Positions 9,105 through 19,240 of a stretch of DNA of 64,000 nucleotides are shown piece after piece. Every line of letters begins with the position of its first letter. Position 1 is the stretch's first letter. This DNA comes from Patescibacteria group bacterium. Lineage in GTDB: Bacteria > Patescibacteriota > Dojkabacteria > GCA-002793355. The position numbers and the translations under genes are program-made. Under the pieces are notes generated by a model. That model did no database searches. It had not been told where the DNA came from and saw nothing but the letters and a program-made list of their open reading frames with translations. Location of the stretch: the NCBI GenBank assembly GCA_016860985.1, contig BOKM01000001.1, positions 92,185 through 156,184 on the forward strand, given 5' to 3'.

Positions 9105-10352
9105 ATGGCTTTTCGCGGAAATCACGCTCCTAGAGGCAATCATGCCGGAGCAAACAATAACAATAGAAGTCGTTTTAGGAGTGCAGCTCCACAACGAGGT
9201 CGTTCAAGAAACAGAGGAAGAGGAGAAACTTATATTGATGAACGCAAGTTTATCAATAAGGCTCAAGCTCTTGAATTAGAGGCGCCATACAAGCACTCTT
9301 TTACTTATGCAGAACTTCCAATCAATGCAACATTAAAAAATAATATTGCACAGAAAGGGTTTAACGCACCAACACCAATTCAAGATCAAGCTATCCCACA
9401 TATTCTTGCAGGAAAAGATATTCTTGGAATAGCAAATACAGGTACAGGTAAAACTGCCGCCTTTCTTATCCCCTTAATCGAAAAAGTTGCAAAAAATCCA
9501 CTCGAAAAAGTACTAATCATTACTCCAACTCGAGAACTTGCAGAACAAATTGCAGATGAATTGTACTTGCTTACTTGGGATTTACGAATGTCAGGAGCGA
9601 TGTGTATCGGTGGTGCAAATATTTCTAGTCAAATTTCACAATTGAGACGTGGACCACAATTCGTTGTTGGAACACCAGGTCGATTAAAGGATCTTATTGA
9701 TAGAAAAGTACTCAGTCTTTCTTCGTTCGGTTCAATCGTCTTAGACGAAGTTGATCGAATGTTAGATATGGGCTTTATTAATGATATTAAATTCCTTATT
9801 GGCTTCTTACCAAAAGAGAAACAATCACTCTTCTTCTCCGCAACCATGGATCGACGAATTGAAGAAATTATCAACATGATTTTAAAACCTGATCATGTAA
9901 AAGTATCAGTGAAAAAAGGTGAAACAGCTGCCCACATTGATCAAGATGTCATAAGAGTCGGTACAAGAGAAGAAAAGATAGCAAAACTTGAAGAACTGTT
10001 GCGAAAAGATGCCTTTGAGCGAGTGCTCGTTTTCATCAATATGAAATGGCACGTAGAAAAGCTCGAGCAGTATCTTCAGAAAAAAGGGTTTAAAGTTGAC
10101 TCCATTCATGGTGACAAGCGACAAAGTCAAAGAAGCCGTGCAATCGAGAACTTTAAATCAGGCCGAGTAAATGTACTTCTTGCAACTGACGTTGCAGCAC
10201 GAGGGCTTGATATCGATAATATCACTCACGTGATCAATTTTGATGTACCAAATAGTTACGAAGATTACGTTCATAGAATTGGACGAACCGGCCGAGCCAA
10301 CAAAAAAGGAACTGCCTTGACCTTCGTTCCTCATCAAAATCGAGGGTACTAG
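9105..10352 (+). CDS. DEAD-box ATP-dependent RNA helicase with an Arg-rich N-terminal extension
   Basis: The helicase motifs are all present: Q-motif, GKDILGIANTGTGKTAAF, PTRELA, the DEAD-type VLDEVDRM, SAT, and HRIGRTGRA. Confidence 0.9.
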   Translation: MAFRGNHAPRGNHAGANNNNRSRFRSAAPQRGRSRNRGRGETYIDERKFINKAQALELEAPYKHSFTYAELPINATLKNNIAQKGFNAPTPIQDQAIPHILAGKDILGIANTGTGKTAAFLIPLIEKVAKNPLEKVLIITPTRELAEQIADELYLLTWDLRMSGAMCIGGANISSQISQLRRGPQFVVGTPGRLKDLIDRKVLSLSSFGSIVLDEVDRMLDMGFINDIKFLIGFLPKEKQSLFFSATMDRRIEEIINMILKPDHVKVSVKKGETAAHIDQDVIRVGTREEKIAKLEELLRKDAFERVLVFINMKWHVEKLEQYLQKKGFKVDSIHGDKRQSQRSRAIENFKSGRVNVLLATDVAARGLDIDNITHVINFDVPNSYEDYVHRIGRTGRANKKGTALTFVPHQNRGY

Positions 10353-10354
10353 CA

Positions 10355-11224
10355 ATGACCCGGAAACGAGTACTCGTTTTTAATCCCCCGATTAGTTTTC
10401 GGGAGATTAGACGAAAACTTACTCAAAGAGTCAAACTTGTTCGAGGTTACTACCGAGATGTTGAAATTTGCTTTGAGCAAAATGGGATTACCATTAGACT
10501 AAACGGCATAGACCTTCGAGAGTTTGATTTTGTTTGGGTTTCAGGATCTTGGTCCAAACGAGATTTAGCACACGCAATTTCATTGTATTTAGCTCATTAC
10601 AATAGACCCCATACGATAGTCTCAGAAGGCGCAGGTACGAGCAAACTTGTTGATATGGTGCATTATGCGCTGCATAAACTCCCACAGCCAAAATCATATT
10701 TCTGCACAAATACTGAATACCTGCGAAGAGCTGAAGTTATTGGTGATTTTTGCCAATTCCCTCTCATTGCAAAAGATGTAAAAGGTACATTTGGAAGAAA
10801 AAGCTTTCTCGCAAACAATCTAACCGAGTTGAAACAACACCTCTTTTCGATTGACGATACAACTGATTACATTTTTCAGGAATTCATACCGAATCAATAT
10901 GATTGGGGAATAATCGTTGGAAATGGAACAATTCTCTCAGCCGAAAAAAGTTACAGAAACATTGGAAGCACCGCGTTCATGAACCATGCTTCTGCTGGGG
11001 CAAAAGAAGTTTTTGTTCCTATCGAAAAAGTTCCCAAAAAGATTGCAAAGCTAGCATTGAAAGCGAACAACATCCTTTCACTACAATGGGCAAGATCAGA
11101 CATTGTTATTGATCAAGAGACGCAAAAACCCTATATGCTTGAAACAAATCGGTCTCCGAGAATGACTCGGCGGTCAACGGAAGTTGATGCGTTTGCAACG
11201 TTTATCAACTCTTTTGGAGTATAA
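10355..11224 (+). CDS. ATP-grasp domain protein (RimK/glutathione-synthetase-like)
   Basis: ATP-grasp elements are present (PLIAKDVKGTFGRKSF, IFQEFIP, YMLETNRSP). The start overlaps the helicase stop. Confidence 0.5.
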   Translation: MTRKRVLVFNPPISFREIRRKLTQRVKLVRGYYRDVEICFEQNGITIRLNGIDLREFDFVWVSGSWSKRDLAHAISLYLAHYNRPHTIVSEGAGTSKLVDMVHYALHKLPQPKSYFCTNTEYLRRAEVIGDFCQFPLIAKDVKGTFGRKSFLANNLTELKQHLFSIDDTTDYIFQEFIPNQYDWGIIVGNGTILSAEKSYRNIGSTAFMNHASAGAKEVFVPIEKVPKKIAKLALKANNILSLQWARSDIVIDQETQKPYMLETNRSPRMTRRSTEVDAFATFINSFGV

Positions 11225-11231
11225 GCTCTGC

Positions 11232-11807
11232 TTACTTGATTATTGCTTGGTTAAACTTTGCAAACGCACGAAGTAGTGCAGGTTGCGGTTTATCTGCAAC
11301 CGGTAGCATTATCTTGAAATAATGAAGTTGGAGTTCTACTAATGTTTTGTATACAAGAAGCCCAAGTAACCACTGCCACGATACAACATTCCACCCAAGT
11401 GCAAAGGTTTCGGACATAAAATAGAAAAGTGCAATGTATTCGGCCATGTTAGGGAAGAAAACAAAAATTGAATCTTTTGTATCCGCAAGAAAATACCACA
11501 CGGTGCCAATGGTGCGCCACAACAGAAAACCTAAATACCAATAGAAAACAGGAGTGAAATACATTATAGGTAGCAGTACTAGATACTCAACGTAGTCAAC
11601 GACCTTATCGATTCTGTGGTACCACTGTTTTGGCATATTATACTTCTGAAGATAATCCCAATCCCATGCGTCAAAATATATCGCGAGCAGCATTCCCCAA
11701 AACGGAGTGATGTATATCGAAAGATAGCTCAGCAAACGTACAAAAAACATTGTCCGAACGGGCTTAAAGTTCCAATATTCTTTAAACTTTTTCAATAAAA
11801 GTGCCAT
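11232..11807 (-). CDS. Hypothetical polytopic membrane protein, rich in Trp and Tyr
   Basis: The protein has 5-6 hydrophobic helices. No family was recognised. Confidence 0.35.
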   Translation of the reverse strand: MALLLKKFKEYWNFKPVRTMFFVRLLSYLSIYITPFWGMLLAIYFDAWDWDYLQKYNMPKQWYHRIDKVVDYVEYLVLLPIMYFTPVFYWYLGFLLWRTIGTVWYFLADTKDSIFVFFPNMAEYIALFYFMSETFALGWNVVSWQWLLGLLVYKTLVELQLHYFKIMLPVADKPQPALLRAFAKFNQAIIK

Positions 11808-11815
11808 AGTGCATT

Positions 11816-12418
11816 TTAATATGTTGGATGAAGCTCTGCAATTCCTTTTCTATGATTGTATTCTCTTGCCAAGGCAAAAAGAACACTGGATAAGCGGTTC
11901 AAATAAGACAGCAACTCCGCTCGCAAGGGGTAGGTATCTGTTGCTTTAATTGCATACCTTTCAGCTTTGCGTGCAACTGTTCGCGCGATGTCGAGTTGTG
12001 AAGAGATATGCGACGCACCAGGCAGAATAAACTTTGTTAATTTCGGCAACGACTCATCGATAATGTGGATTATTTCTTCGCATTCGGTCACGTGCTGGGT
12101 GGTGATACGTGGAGATAATGTGGTGCTATTTTTATTTTCAAGCCCAAATCCAATTGCCGCAACTTCTGCTTGGGCTATAAACAACATCTCTTGCAGTAAA
12201 AACATTTTTTTACGAAGTGCTCCACCACTTTCATCGTTAAGGGATGAACGAATCAAGCCTAACCAACAGTTACATTCATCAAGTGCCCCTAACAGCATAA
12301 ATATATCGTCGCTCTTTCTAATCTGCTTTCCAGAAATGTGAGAGACTCCTGCATCACCTTTTTTTGTATAAAACATAGTTTTCATACAACATTGTATATC
12401 CGAAGCACAGAATGACAC
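11816..12418 (-). CDS. ATP:cob(I)alamin adenosyltransferase, PduO/MMAB type; the probable start is an internal Met (MFYTKKGD)
   Basis: The N-terminus reads MFYTKKGDAGVSHISGKQIRKSDDIFMLLGALDE, which corresponds to the PduO motif YTKTGDKGETSL.... Confidence 0.75.
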   Translation of the reverse strand: MSFCASDIQCCMKTMFYTKKGDAGVSHISGKQIRKSDDIFMLLGALDECNCWLGLIRSSLNDESGGALRKKMFLLQEMLFIAQAEVAAIGFGLENKNSTTLSPRITTQHVTECEEIIHIIDESLPKLTKFILPGASHISSQLDIARTVARKAERYAIKATDTYPLRAELLSYLNRLSSVLFALAREYNHRKGIAELHPTY

Positions 12419-12445
12419 AAATCACATATTGGCGTAAAATCGACC

Positions 12446-13480
12446 ATGACTCAAATCGAAACAGCAATAAACGAAACAATATCAAAAGCCAATAAAATTG
12501 TCGTTTTCTCTCACATTCGGCCTGACTGGGATGCAATCTCATCAAATTTACTTGCCTCTGAAATTCTTCGACTTCAATTTCCTGAAAAAGTTATAGTTTC
12601 TGCGATAGAAAAATGTGCAATCCCCAACGGAGAGTATCTGCCTGGTTATCAGAATATCCAAACTGGTAACGCTATGGATACTATCGAGAGAGAGAAACCT
12701 GATGTAATCATTATGACCGATTGCCCAGATTTCACTCGTATTTCCTTCGATAAAGAGGCACTCAAGCAATACTTCAGCAATAAACAGATTCCGGTAATTG
12801 GAATTGACCACCACCCAAGAGAACGAGAGCTACTTGCCGATTACATTTCGAACCATGGCTACAATGACGCCGTAGAAGAAGTTCACGTACTTTTTGTGAA
12901 AACCTTTGGATACGCAGAACCAGCAGAAACACCAAAATATATGGCGGCAGGGATTTTGAATGATACAAACAACTTCATGTTCCTTAAAGAAAATCATACA
13001 CAGACGTTGCAATACGTCGATATGATTCTCAATAAAGGTTATTTACTCGACGAGGTAAGCAGGCAAATAACACGTTACACAGGGCAACACCTGCTCGTGT
13101 TGTCGGAATTCTTTACGCACTACAATATTGACAAATATGTCACATATTTTTGGATTTCAGACGAATTCTTTCTTGCTCATCCCGAAATTCCACGCGATGT
13201 GTACAGCATTTCCAAAGATATCATTAATCACTATTTCCTCCGAAACATTTCATTCAATGAAATATTTTTGGTAATTTATCCTGAGAACACAGGGTATAAA
13301 GGCTCCTTCCGCGCACTTATCAATCGTTATGACACTACTGTTTTTGCAAAAGAATTTGGTGGAGGTGGTCAAAAACCCGCTGCAGGCTTTAACATAGAAG
13401 GCGTACCAAGTATTACAACTGCAATACAAAAGGTGCTCGAAGTGGTTGAAAAAAATCTTGAAGCTGCAAAAATGTTTTAG
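12446..13480 (+). CDS. DHH/DHHA1 phosphoesterase (NrnA-like oligoribonuclease / pAp phosphatase)
   Basis: The DHH motif GIDHHP is present. The C-terminal DHHA1 domain has a GGGQ(H)-type motif (FGGGGQKPAAGF). Confidence 0.75.
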   Translation: MTQIETAINETISKANKIVVFSHIRPDWDAISSNLLASEILRLQFPEKVIVSAIEKCAIPNGEYLPGYQNIQTGNAMDTIEREKPDVIIMTDCPDFTRISFDKEALKQYFSNKQIPVIGIDHHPRERELLADYISNHGYNDAVEEVHVLFVKTFGYAEPAETPKYMAAGILNDTNNFMFLKENHTQTLQYVDMILNKGYLLDEVSRQITRYTGQHLLVLSEFFTHYNIDKYVTYFWISDEFFLAHPEIPRDVYSISKDIINHYFLRNISFNEIFLVIYPENTGYKGSFRALINRYDTTVFAKEFGGGGQKPAAGFNIEGVPSITTAIQKVLEVVEKNLEAAKMF

Positions 13481-13547
13481 TATTATCGTCAAGCTTTGTC
13501 CACGGGTGTACACTTATTGTAAAGAATAATTTTTTCAAAAGAAATAT

Positions 13548-13913
13548 ATGAGCAAATACCTACTTTGGTGGGGAATTATTTGGCTACTTATTGGAGGAAT
13601 TGTTTACGCATTTGTGGGTAAGGAAACGCCTGATGTAATCTACGGTATTGCACTAGCAGCCTTTATTAGCCTTGTCTTTTTGTTTAAATCACTCTCAGAA
13701 CAATACGAGGGAGAAATTATTGAAGTAAAAGAAGAATCCAAATATGTTTCAGACGATGATGGCGGTTCAGTAGAAAAAACAATCGTTGCAATAATTCAAT
13801 TATCAAACGGCAAGACCAAAAAATTACAGGCGCTTAAAGGGTACGAAGTTGGGAACTACATCATAAAAAAGAAAGGCGAACCCTCTCCAAAGATATACGA
13901 GAAAAAGCCCTAA
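13548..13913 (+). CDS. Small membrane-anchored hypothetical protein
   Basis: It has two N-terminal TM segments and a Lys-rich tail. Confidence 0.35.
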   Translation: MSKYLLWWGIIWLLIGGIVYAFVGKETPDVIYGIALAAFISLVFLFKSLSEQYEGEIIEVKEESKYVSDDDGGSVEKTIVAIIQLSNGKTKKLQALKGYEVGNYIIKKKGEPSPKIYEKKP

Positions 13914-15511
13914 TTCTTACAGAGTATTTTTACATCCTTTGCATCTTCTGCTACCGTCACTTGTGCGGTTTTTGTGTCCGCAATCGCCGAAACCAAAGAC
14001 GTATAGCATGTTCTAGTGGTGCCAGTTACGTTAGCGATACCCCATCCTAAAAAGGCATCGATTGTAATGGTGGTCTTGCTTGGATCATATCCCAACTTGT
14101 AAGGGTTTGTGGTAATACTTTTTTTGCCGTCGCTCTTTGTCACTAAGAATAGCGGAAGATCACCTGCAACATAATGCCGATGGCTATACCCAATGAGTGT
14201 GTCTGTCGACTTAAAGACTCCTCTTCTGATTCTTCCGTCTGGTTTTGTTATCGCAAGTTGTATTTTCCCAACACTATTTGAATCAACTGAAACCTTTTCT
14301 ACCATCACCTGTTTTGAAAGGATATTTCCATAGTTCTGAATTTCAGCCAAAGTCCCAATAATTAGATAGTAACGAATCATCACTCGTTCTTGCTGTTGGA
14401 GATTCAGTTTATAAACAATAGCCCCTGCTTTTCCACCGTTATCTGGATTTAAGTCACTAGGGATAGCCCCATACACGCCAGCAAGACGTACAATACCTGG
14501 TTTTGTCTCGAGAGGGAGTTGTCTGCTTGGCGAGAATACAATTCCTAGACCAACACTTGAAGGCGAAGTTCCATTAAGTACCGCAATCCAACCGTTTGTT
14601 TCGTTTCTTTTAACAACGGTTTTATCTGAATCAATAAACTGTGTGTCTTTATCGACCCAACGATACGAACCATCAGGCTTGCTGACCACTTGATACGGTA
14701 AAGTGCTCGGTCGCACCGCAAACCAAGGACTTACAAAATGATCCATTGGAACAGTTCCACCCCAGCGAGAGTAAATGTGCGTTACCTCAATAACACCATC
14801 ACCAAGATCTCTTAGTTCTTTCGTGTAGAGCAATTGATTATCCTTCCACGTAAACGGTATATGCGCGTGTTGTGGCCAAGATTCCCAAGAAACTGCTTTG
14901 CCATCATCTGATTTTTGTAATGGCATAGAAAAGTTATAAAGTGAATGGGACAAGAGTTTCTTATTTGGATCAACATCGCTTTTTCTGTACACACCGGCTT
15001 CGTGAATATCCCAATCGACTTTTGTATTCATTTGCTCGATATCAGATGAAGAAATAACCTGTTGCATCACCTCGTCAACCCACTGACCGTGCGTGACTCT
15101 CTGGTATGGCATTGTTTCTCCGTAACCATCTACATAAAGTGAATAAATTTGCCCACCTTGACCAAGCTTTAGCGTCCAGTTCTTATACGACTTCTTTGAA
15201 TCAGATTCTTTATGCACTAGCATTGCTTTGAATACTTTTGATTCGTCAACTCCATTTTGAACCCATTTATGGAGATTATTCGTGCTGGAGATGTTTAGTG
15301 TGTATTTTCCAGGATTAATATACGCACCCGCATTACTTTTTGGAACCTGTAGGTATTGTGTGGAATCTGCTTGATACGCTTCGCTTTGAGTGCTCTCAAA
15401 CAATGTGTCTCGGTTAAGAAGTACTAAGGGGACACCAACAGCGAATATTCCAGAAATGGCAAACAATGTAACTCGAAGAACGATATTAGTCTTCTTTTTG
15501 GGCAATTGCAT
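13910..15511 (-). CDS. Large membrane-anchored extracytoplasmic protein of unknown function
   Basis: An N-terminal TM (LRVTLFAISGIFAVGVPLVLL) is followed by about 500 aa of Trp/Tyr-rich beta-type sequence. No motifs were recognised. Confidence 0.45.
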   Translation of the reverse strand: MQLPKKKTNIVLRVTLFAISGIFAVGVPLVLLNRDTLFESTQSEAYQADSTQYLQVPKSNAGAYINPGKYTLNISSTNNLHKWVQNGVDESKVFKAMLVHKESDSKKSYKNWTLKLGQGGQIYSLYVDGYGETMPYQRVTHGQWVDEVMQQVISSSDIEQMNTKVDWDIHEAGVYRKSDVDPNKKLLSHSLYNFSMPLQKSDDGKAVSWESWPQHAHIPFTWKDNQLLYTKELRDLGDGVIEVTHIYSRWGGTVPMDHFVSPWFAVRPSTLPYQVVSKPDGSYRWVDKDTQFIDSDKTVVKRNETNGWIAVLNGTSPSSVGLGIVFSPSRQLPLETKPGIVRLAGVYGAIPSDLNPDNGGKAGAIVYKLNLQQQERVMIRYYLIIGTLAEIQNYGNILSKQVMVEKVSVDSNSVGKIQLAITKPDGRIRRGVFKSTDTLIGYSHRHYVAGDLPLFLVTKSDGKKSITTNPYKLGYDPSKTTITIDAFLGWGIANVTGTTRTCYTSLVSAIADTKTAQVTVAEDAKDVKILCKN

Positions 15512-15564
15512 TTATAACGATGTAATAAATTACCAGTTAAGGTAACATATTTTTTCATATTGCA

Positions 15565-15594
15565 CAAAAAAAGGGGCAGGTATTACCCTGCCCC
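15565..15594 (-). terminator. Rho-independent terminator for the RRM-protein gene
   Basis: On the minus strand the hairpin ggggcagg / cctgcccc has a 5-nt loop and is followed by a U8 run. Confidence 0.6.
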
Positions 15595-15618
15595 TTCTGT
15601 TGATTTCAACTTTCGACT

Positions 15619-15978
15619 TTATCGTCGTCCGCCAAATCCACCACCGAAGCCTCCTCGGCCTCCGCGATCACCACCAAAGCCACCTCGGCTTGGTCTGCGA
15701 TCACCACCACCGAATCCACCACCAAAGCCACCTCGGCTTGGTCGTTCTTCACGTGGTCGTGCTACGTTGACGACGAGTTCTCGCCCTTCAACTTCCTTTC
15801 CGTTCATTGCTTCTATAGCTGCTTGGACTGCTGATTCATCTTTGAATGTGATGAATGCAAATCCCTTACCCATAGGCTTGTATGAGTCGGTAATCTCACC
15901 ATATTGTGAGAAAATTTCGACTAATGTTTCGATCTTTGTTTCGAACGCAACATTGCCGATAAAAATTTTATTCTCCAT
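15619..15978 (-). CDS. RRM-domain glycine-rich RNA-binding protein
   Basis: RNP-2 (IFIGNV) and RNP-1 (KGFAFITF) motifs are present. The C-terminus is (GGFGG/RGG)n. Confidence 0.85.
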   Translation of the reverse strand: MENKIFIGNVAFETKIETLVEIFSQYGEITDSYKPMGKGFAFITFKDESAVQAAIEAMNGKEVEGRELVVNVARPREERPSRGGFGGGFGGGDRRPSRGGFGGDRGGRGGFGGGFGGRR

Positions 15979-16094
15979 GGAAACCCATGATAGATTAACT
16001 AAGACAGTTGGAAATACCGACGCTGACCGGAATTTGTCTCTCGGGGCGTAACAATACTCTTACCTGACGTACAATTATAGCACAAATCTAGATT

Positions 16095-16484
16095 CTATGA
16101 ATGGTGTTCGGCAGCTTCTGCAGCATCTGCCTCTGCTTTTGTTGCGTGAATTGTGCCTTCTGGATGATTTGGAGGAGCATAAATCGTGTAAAGCTTTACC
16201 ACCTCTGTACCTGTATTAATAATATTGTGCTCTGCACCAGCAGGAACAATAACCACGTCATCATCAACAATAATCTGCTCTTCTCCATTTATGACAACCG
16301 TTGCCAAACCCTCTTCAATTCGGAAGAACTGGTCAACATTTGGGTGAACTTCTACTCCAATTTCTTCCCCCGGTTTTAAGGACATCACTACAAGTTGCAT
16401 ATATGTACCTGTATAAAGGACTTTTCGGAAATTCTTATTTTGTAATGTGTCGTTTACAATATTACTGACAAAACCTGTTTTCAT
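16095..16484 (-). CDS. Cupin-domain protein
   Basis: The cupin motifs G-x5-HPN-x-DQFF-x-EG and VVIVPAGAEHNIIN are present. Confidence 0.6.
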   Translation of the reverse strand: MKTGFVSNIVNDTLQNKNFRKVLYTGTYMQLVVMSLKPGEEIGVEVHPNVDQFFRIEEGLATVVINGEEQIIVDDDVVIVPAGAEHNIINTGTEVVKLYTIYAPPNHPEGTIHATKAEADAAEAAEHHS

Positions 16485-16555
16485 TATAAATAAATATTAG
16501 CTTAACTACTTCAACTATACTCCACCCGCACTTGGTTGTGAAGTATAATTAGAAA

Positions 16556-17836
16556 ATGCAAACACTGAAAAAACGCGTATTCACGTTCAAAGATGCCTCA
16601 CAGCAAACTGCAAATGGGGTGATTGTATATTGGATGTCGAGAGACCAGCGTGTAAATGACAACTGGGCACTTCTCCACGCACAGCAACTGGCAATCTCTT
16701 ATAAAACACACCTTCATGTCGTATTTGTTCAGCAAAATCAGTTCCTACAGGCTCGAGAGAGGGTCTTTGAATGCATGAGAAATGGATTAGCTTTAGTTGG
16801 GCAAGAATTGTTTGACCTCAATATTACCTTCGAGATATTAACCGGTTTACCTCAAAACGAATTACCTAAATATCTGGACAAAGTAAAAGCTGCTACCCTT
16901 ATCACCGACTTTTCACCCTTAAAAATAAAGACTGATTGGCTAAAGAATCTTGCGCCACGAGTGAATTGTTCTATTCACGTCGTAGACGCCCACAACATAG
17001 TCCCACCCTGGATTTCATCGTCAAAACAAGAGTATGCTGCACGAACGTTTCGCCCCAAAATTACATCCTATTTAAACGATTACCTTTCTGAGTTTCCAAA
17101 AGTAGTTCGACATCCTTTCGGACACGCAAAAAGATCCAACTCCTCCAAAACACCCGTTGGGATCGTCCACTCCGATTACCGCCAAGATATTGAGCGAACT
17201 CTCTCAAATTACGATAATCGCAATAATCCAGTAGCACATGCAACTTCAAAACTTTCGCAAGCGATACACTTTGGGCACGTAAGCGCTCAAAGACTCGCGC
17301 TTTTGACTCAATCACTTCCACAAACACCTGCGCGGGATTCATTTTTTGAACAGCTGGTGGTACGCAGAGAGCTTGCAGAAAACTACTGTTACTATAATGA
17401 GAATTACGACAACTTTGAGGGATTTCCTTTATGGGCACAACAGACCCTGCGCGTCCACTCGATAGATAAACGACCATACATCTACACTACCGATCAATTT
17501 GAACAAGCTATTACACATGAACCCTTCTGGAACGCAATACAAAAAGACTTGGTCAAAAACGGATACTTAAATGGGTATCTCCGAATGTACTGGGCAAAGA
17601 AAATTCTAGAATGGACTCCAAACCCCATGATAGCCCAAGAAATAGCTATTTATCTAAACGACAAATATCAATTTGATGGTCGAGACCCCAATGGGTATAC
17701 CGGTATTGCGTGGGCAATCGGAGGTGTACACGATAGGCCGTGGTTTACTCGCGAGATTTTTGGAACAATTAGGTACATGAACGAGTCAGGGGCAAGAAGA
17801 AAGTTCGATGTGGATGAGTATATTAAGCAAATTTGA
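16556..17836 (+). CDS. phr: Deoxyribodipyrimidine (CPD) photolyase, class II
   Basis: The C-terminal class II signature is present: YLRMYWAKKILEWTP...LNDKYQFDGRDPNGYTGIAWAIGGVHDRPW...IRYMN. Confidence 0.85.
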   Translation: MQTLKKRVFTFKDASQQTANGVIVYWMSRDQRVNDNWALLHAQQLAISYKTHLHVVFVQQNQFLQARERVFECMRNGLALVGQELFDLNITFEILTGLPQNELPKYLDKVKAATLITDFSPLKIKTDWLKNLAPRVNCSIHVVDAHNIVPPWISSSKQEYAARTFRPKITSYLNDYLSEFPKVVRHPFGHAKRSNSSKTPVGIVHSDYRQDIERTLSNYDNRNNPVAHATSKLSQAIHFGHVSAQRLALLTQSLPQTPARDSFFEQLVVRRELAENYCYYNENYDNFEGFPLWAQQTLRVHSIDKRPYIYTTDQFEQAITHEPFWNAIQKDLVKNGYLNGYLRMYWAKKILEWTPNPMIAQEIAIYLNDKYQFDGRDPNGYTGIAWAIGGVHDRPWFTREIFGTIRYMNESGARRKFDVDEYIKQI

Positions 17837-18407
17837 GCGCTTTCTTCGCTGCAAAGATTCCGAGAACAACTCCCCCAACAATATCAATTGTGTAGTGTCC
17901 ATGAGTTGTAAGGAGTGCGAATATTTCAGCGACGATTAGAGTTTCAAACAACGTAATCCACTTACGATTTATTCCCCATCCTTCTGCAAGAAATCTGGAA
18001 AGTACTAGACTCGCCGTATGCCCAGAAGGAAACATTCCAACGAGAGGATATCTCTCCAAAAAGCCGTAAATTTCGACGTCTCCTGTAGGATCGCCAATCG
18101 GCGTTACCAAATTAAGTAAGGCACGAATACTTCCCATTACTGCAAAAGCAAACAACACATTTGTTACTCTATTCAGTTTGAATTGAGATAGAAATACAAC
18201 AAGTACAATTCCAAATACAACTATGCCATCAGCCCATTTTGCCAACCAAGGGAGATGCGGAAGTAGTCTAAAGGCAACATCATCAAGAATTGGTCTATTT
18301 GGAAAATATGACTTGATCAGATAATCACTAAGAAGAATAAGCCCTCCCGCAAGGGCAGCAAAAAAAGATGCAATTATTAATTTTTTGATTTGCTCTGCTT
18401 GCGACAT
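17823..18407 (-). CDS. PAP2-family membrane phosphatase (type 2 phosphatidic acid / undecaprenyl-PP phosphatase-like)
   Basis: The PAP2 motifs are present: PSGH, and SR-x5-H-x3-D (SRFLAEGWGINRKW...THGHYTIDIVGG). Confidence 0.65.
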   Translation of the reverse strand: MSQAEQIKKLIIASFFAALAGGLILLSDYLIKSYFPNRPILDDVAFRLLPHLPWLAKWADGIVVFGIVLVVFLSQFKLNRVTNVLFAFAVMGSIRALLNLVTPIGDPTGDVEIYGFLERYPLVGMFPSGHTASLVLSRFLAEGWGINRKWITLFETLIVAEIFALLTTHGHYTIDIVGGVVLGIFAAKKALKFA

Positions 18408-19127
18408 ATTCAGAGAGATGATACGCTAATGAATAATTTCACGCAACACTTCATGCCGCATAAAGTGACACTGTTATCAGTCGGATTTGTGACACATGAT
18501 GTCAAACGATATATCGTTTCTAAACCAGATAATTATACCTTTGAACCAGGGCAAGCGACTGAAGTTTTTATAGACAAACCAGGCCTTCGAGATGACAAAC
18601 GACCTTTTACTTTTACCTCAAGACCAAACGATAGGATTCTTGAATTTACTATCAAGTCATATCATGATCACAATGGAGTCACACATGCGCTGTGGGATTT
18701 AAAACCTGGAGACTCTTTATATGTTGACGAGGCATTCGGTGCGATAAAATATCAAGGCCCGGGGCTTTTTATTGCAGCGGGTGCAGGTATTACCCCATTT
18801 TTATCAATCGTGAGAGACTTGTGGGCGAAGGGCGAACTTCACAAATCACATCTTTTGTACTCCAACAAAACAAAGGCAGATATCATCAGCGAACATGAGC
18901 TTACGCACTACTTTACCCAGCAAGATAACGGCATTTTGATGACACTAACTCGAAAATCGGCAATCGGCTACATTTCTGGAAGAATTACAGAAGCGATACT
19001 CAAGGAATACTGTCCGCACCCAAGTGGTAGAGCTTATATTTGTGGTCCAAAAGGTTTTGTCGCAGCAATGAAAGAAATCACTACAAAAATTGGGTTTGCT
19101 GAAGAATCACTTGTTACTGAGAAATAG
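18390..19127 (+). CDS. FNR-like FAD/NAD(P)-binding oxidoreductase
   Basis: The FAD-binding motif RPFTFTS (R-x-Y-S type) and the NAD-binding motif GAGITPF are present. Confidence 0.6.
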   Translation: MLCLRHIQRDDTLMNNFTQHFMPHKVTLLSVGFVTHDVKRYIVSKPDNYTFEPGQATEVFIDKPGLRDDKRPFTFTSRPNDRILEFTIKSYHDHNGVTHALWDLKPGDSLYVDEAFGAIKYQGPGLFIAAGAGITPFLSIVRDLWAKGELHKSHLLYSNKTKADIISEHELTHYFTQQDNGILMTLTRKSAIGYISGRITEAILKEYCPHPSGRAYICGPKGFVAAMKEITTKIGFAEESLVTEK

Positions 19128-19195
19128 CTTACCTCACGTTCACACTAGTAGAATTTTTTAGCGTTTCATTATTTTCTGCTGACTTTATAAACAAC

Positions 19196-19232
19196 AAAAA
19201 AGGTGACAGAATCACTTCCATCACCTTTTTGT
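19196..19232. terminator. Bidirectional terminator hairpin between convergent genes
   Basis: The stem ggtga...tcacc is flanked by an A-run 5' and a T-run 3'. Confidence 0.45.
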
Positions 19233-19240
19233 TGAAATGC

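Noticed and set aside
12354-13012. Several 60-90-aa ORFs on the minus strand (12354-12545, 12548-12814, 12774-12968, 12830-13012)
   Set aside because: All lie antisense within or beside the well-supported DHH/DHHA1 gene and have no motif content.
15560-16051. 163-aa plus-strand ORF encoding PPKPPRPPRSPP repeats
   Set aside because: It is the antisense reading of the GGFGGG/RGG codon repeats of the RRM protein gene on the minus strand, which has clear RNP-1/RNP-2 motifs. The plus-strand ORF is a mirror artefact.
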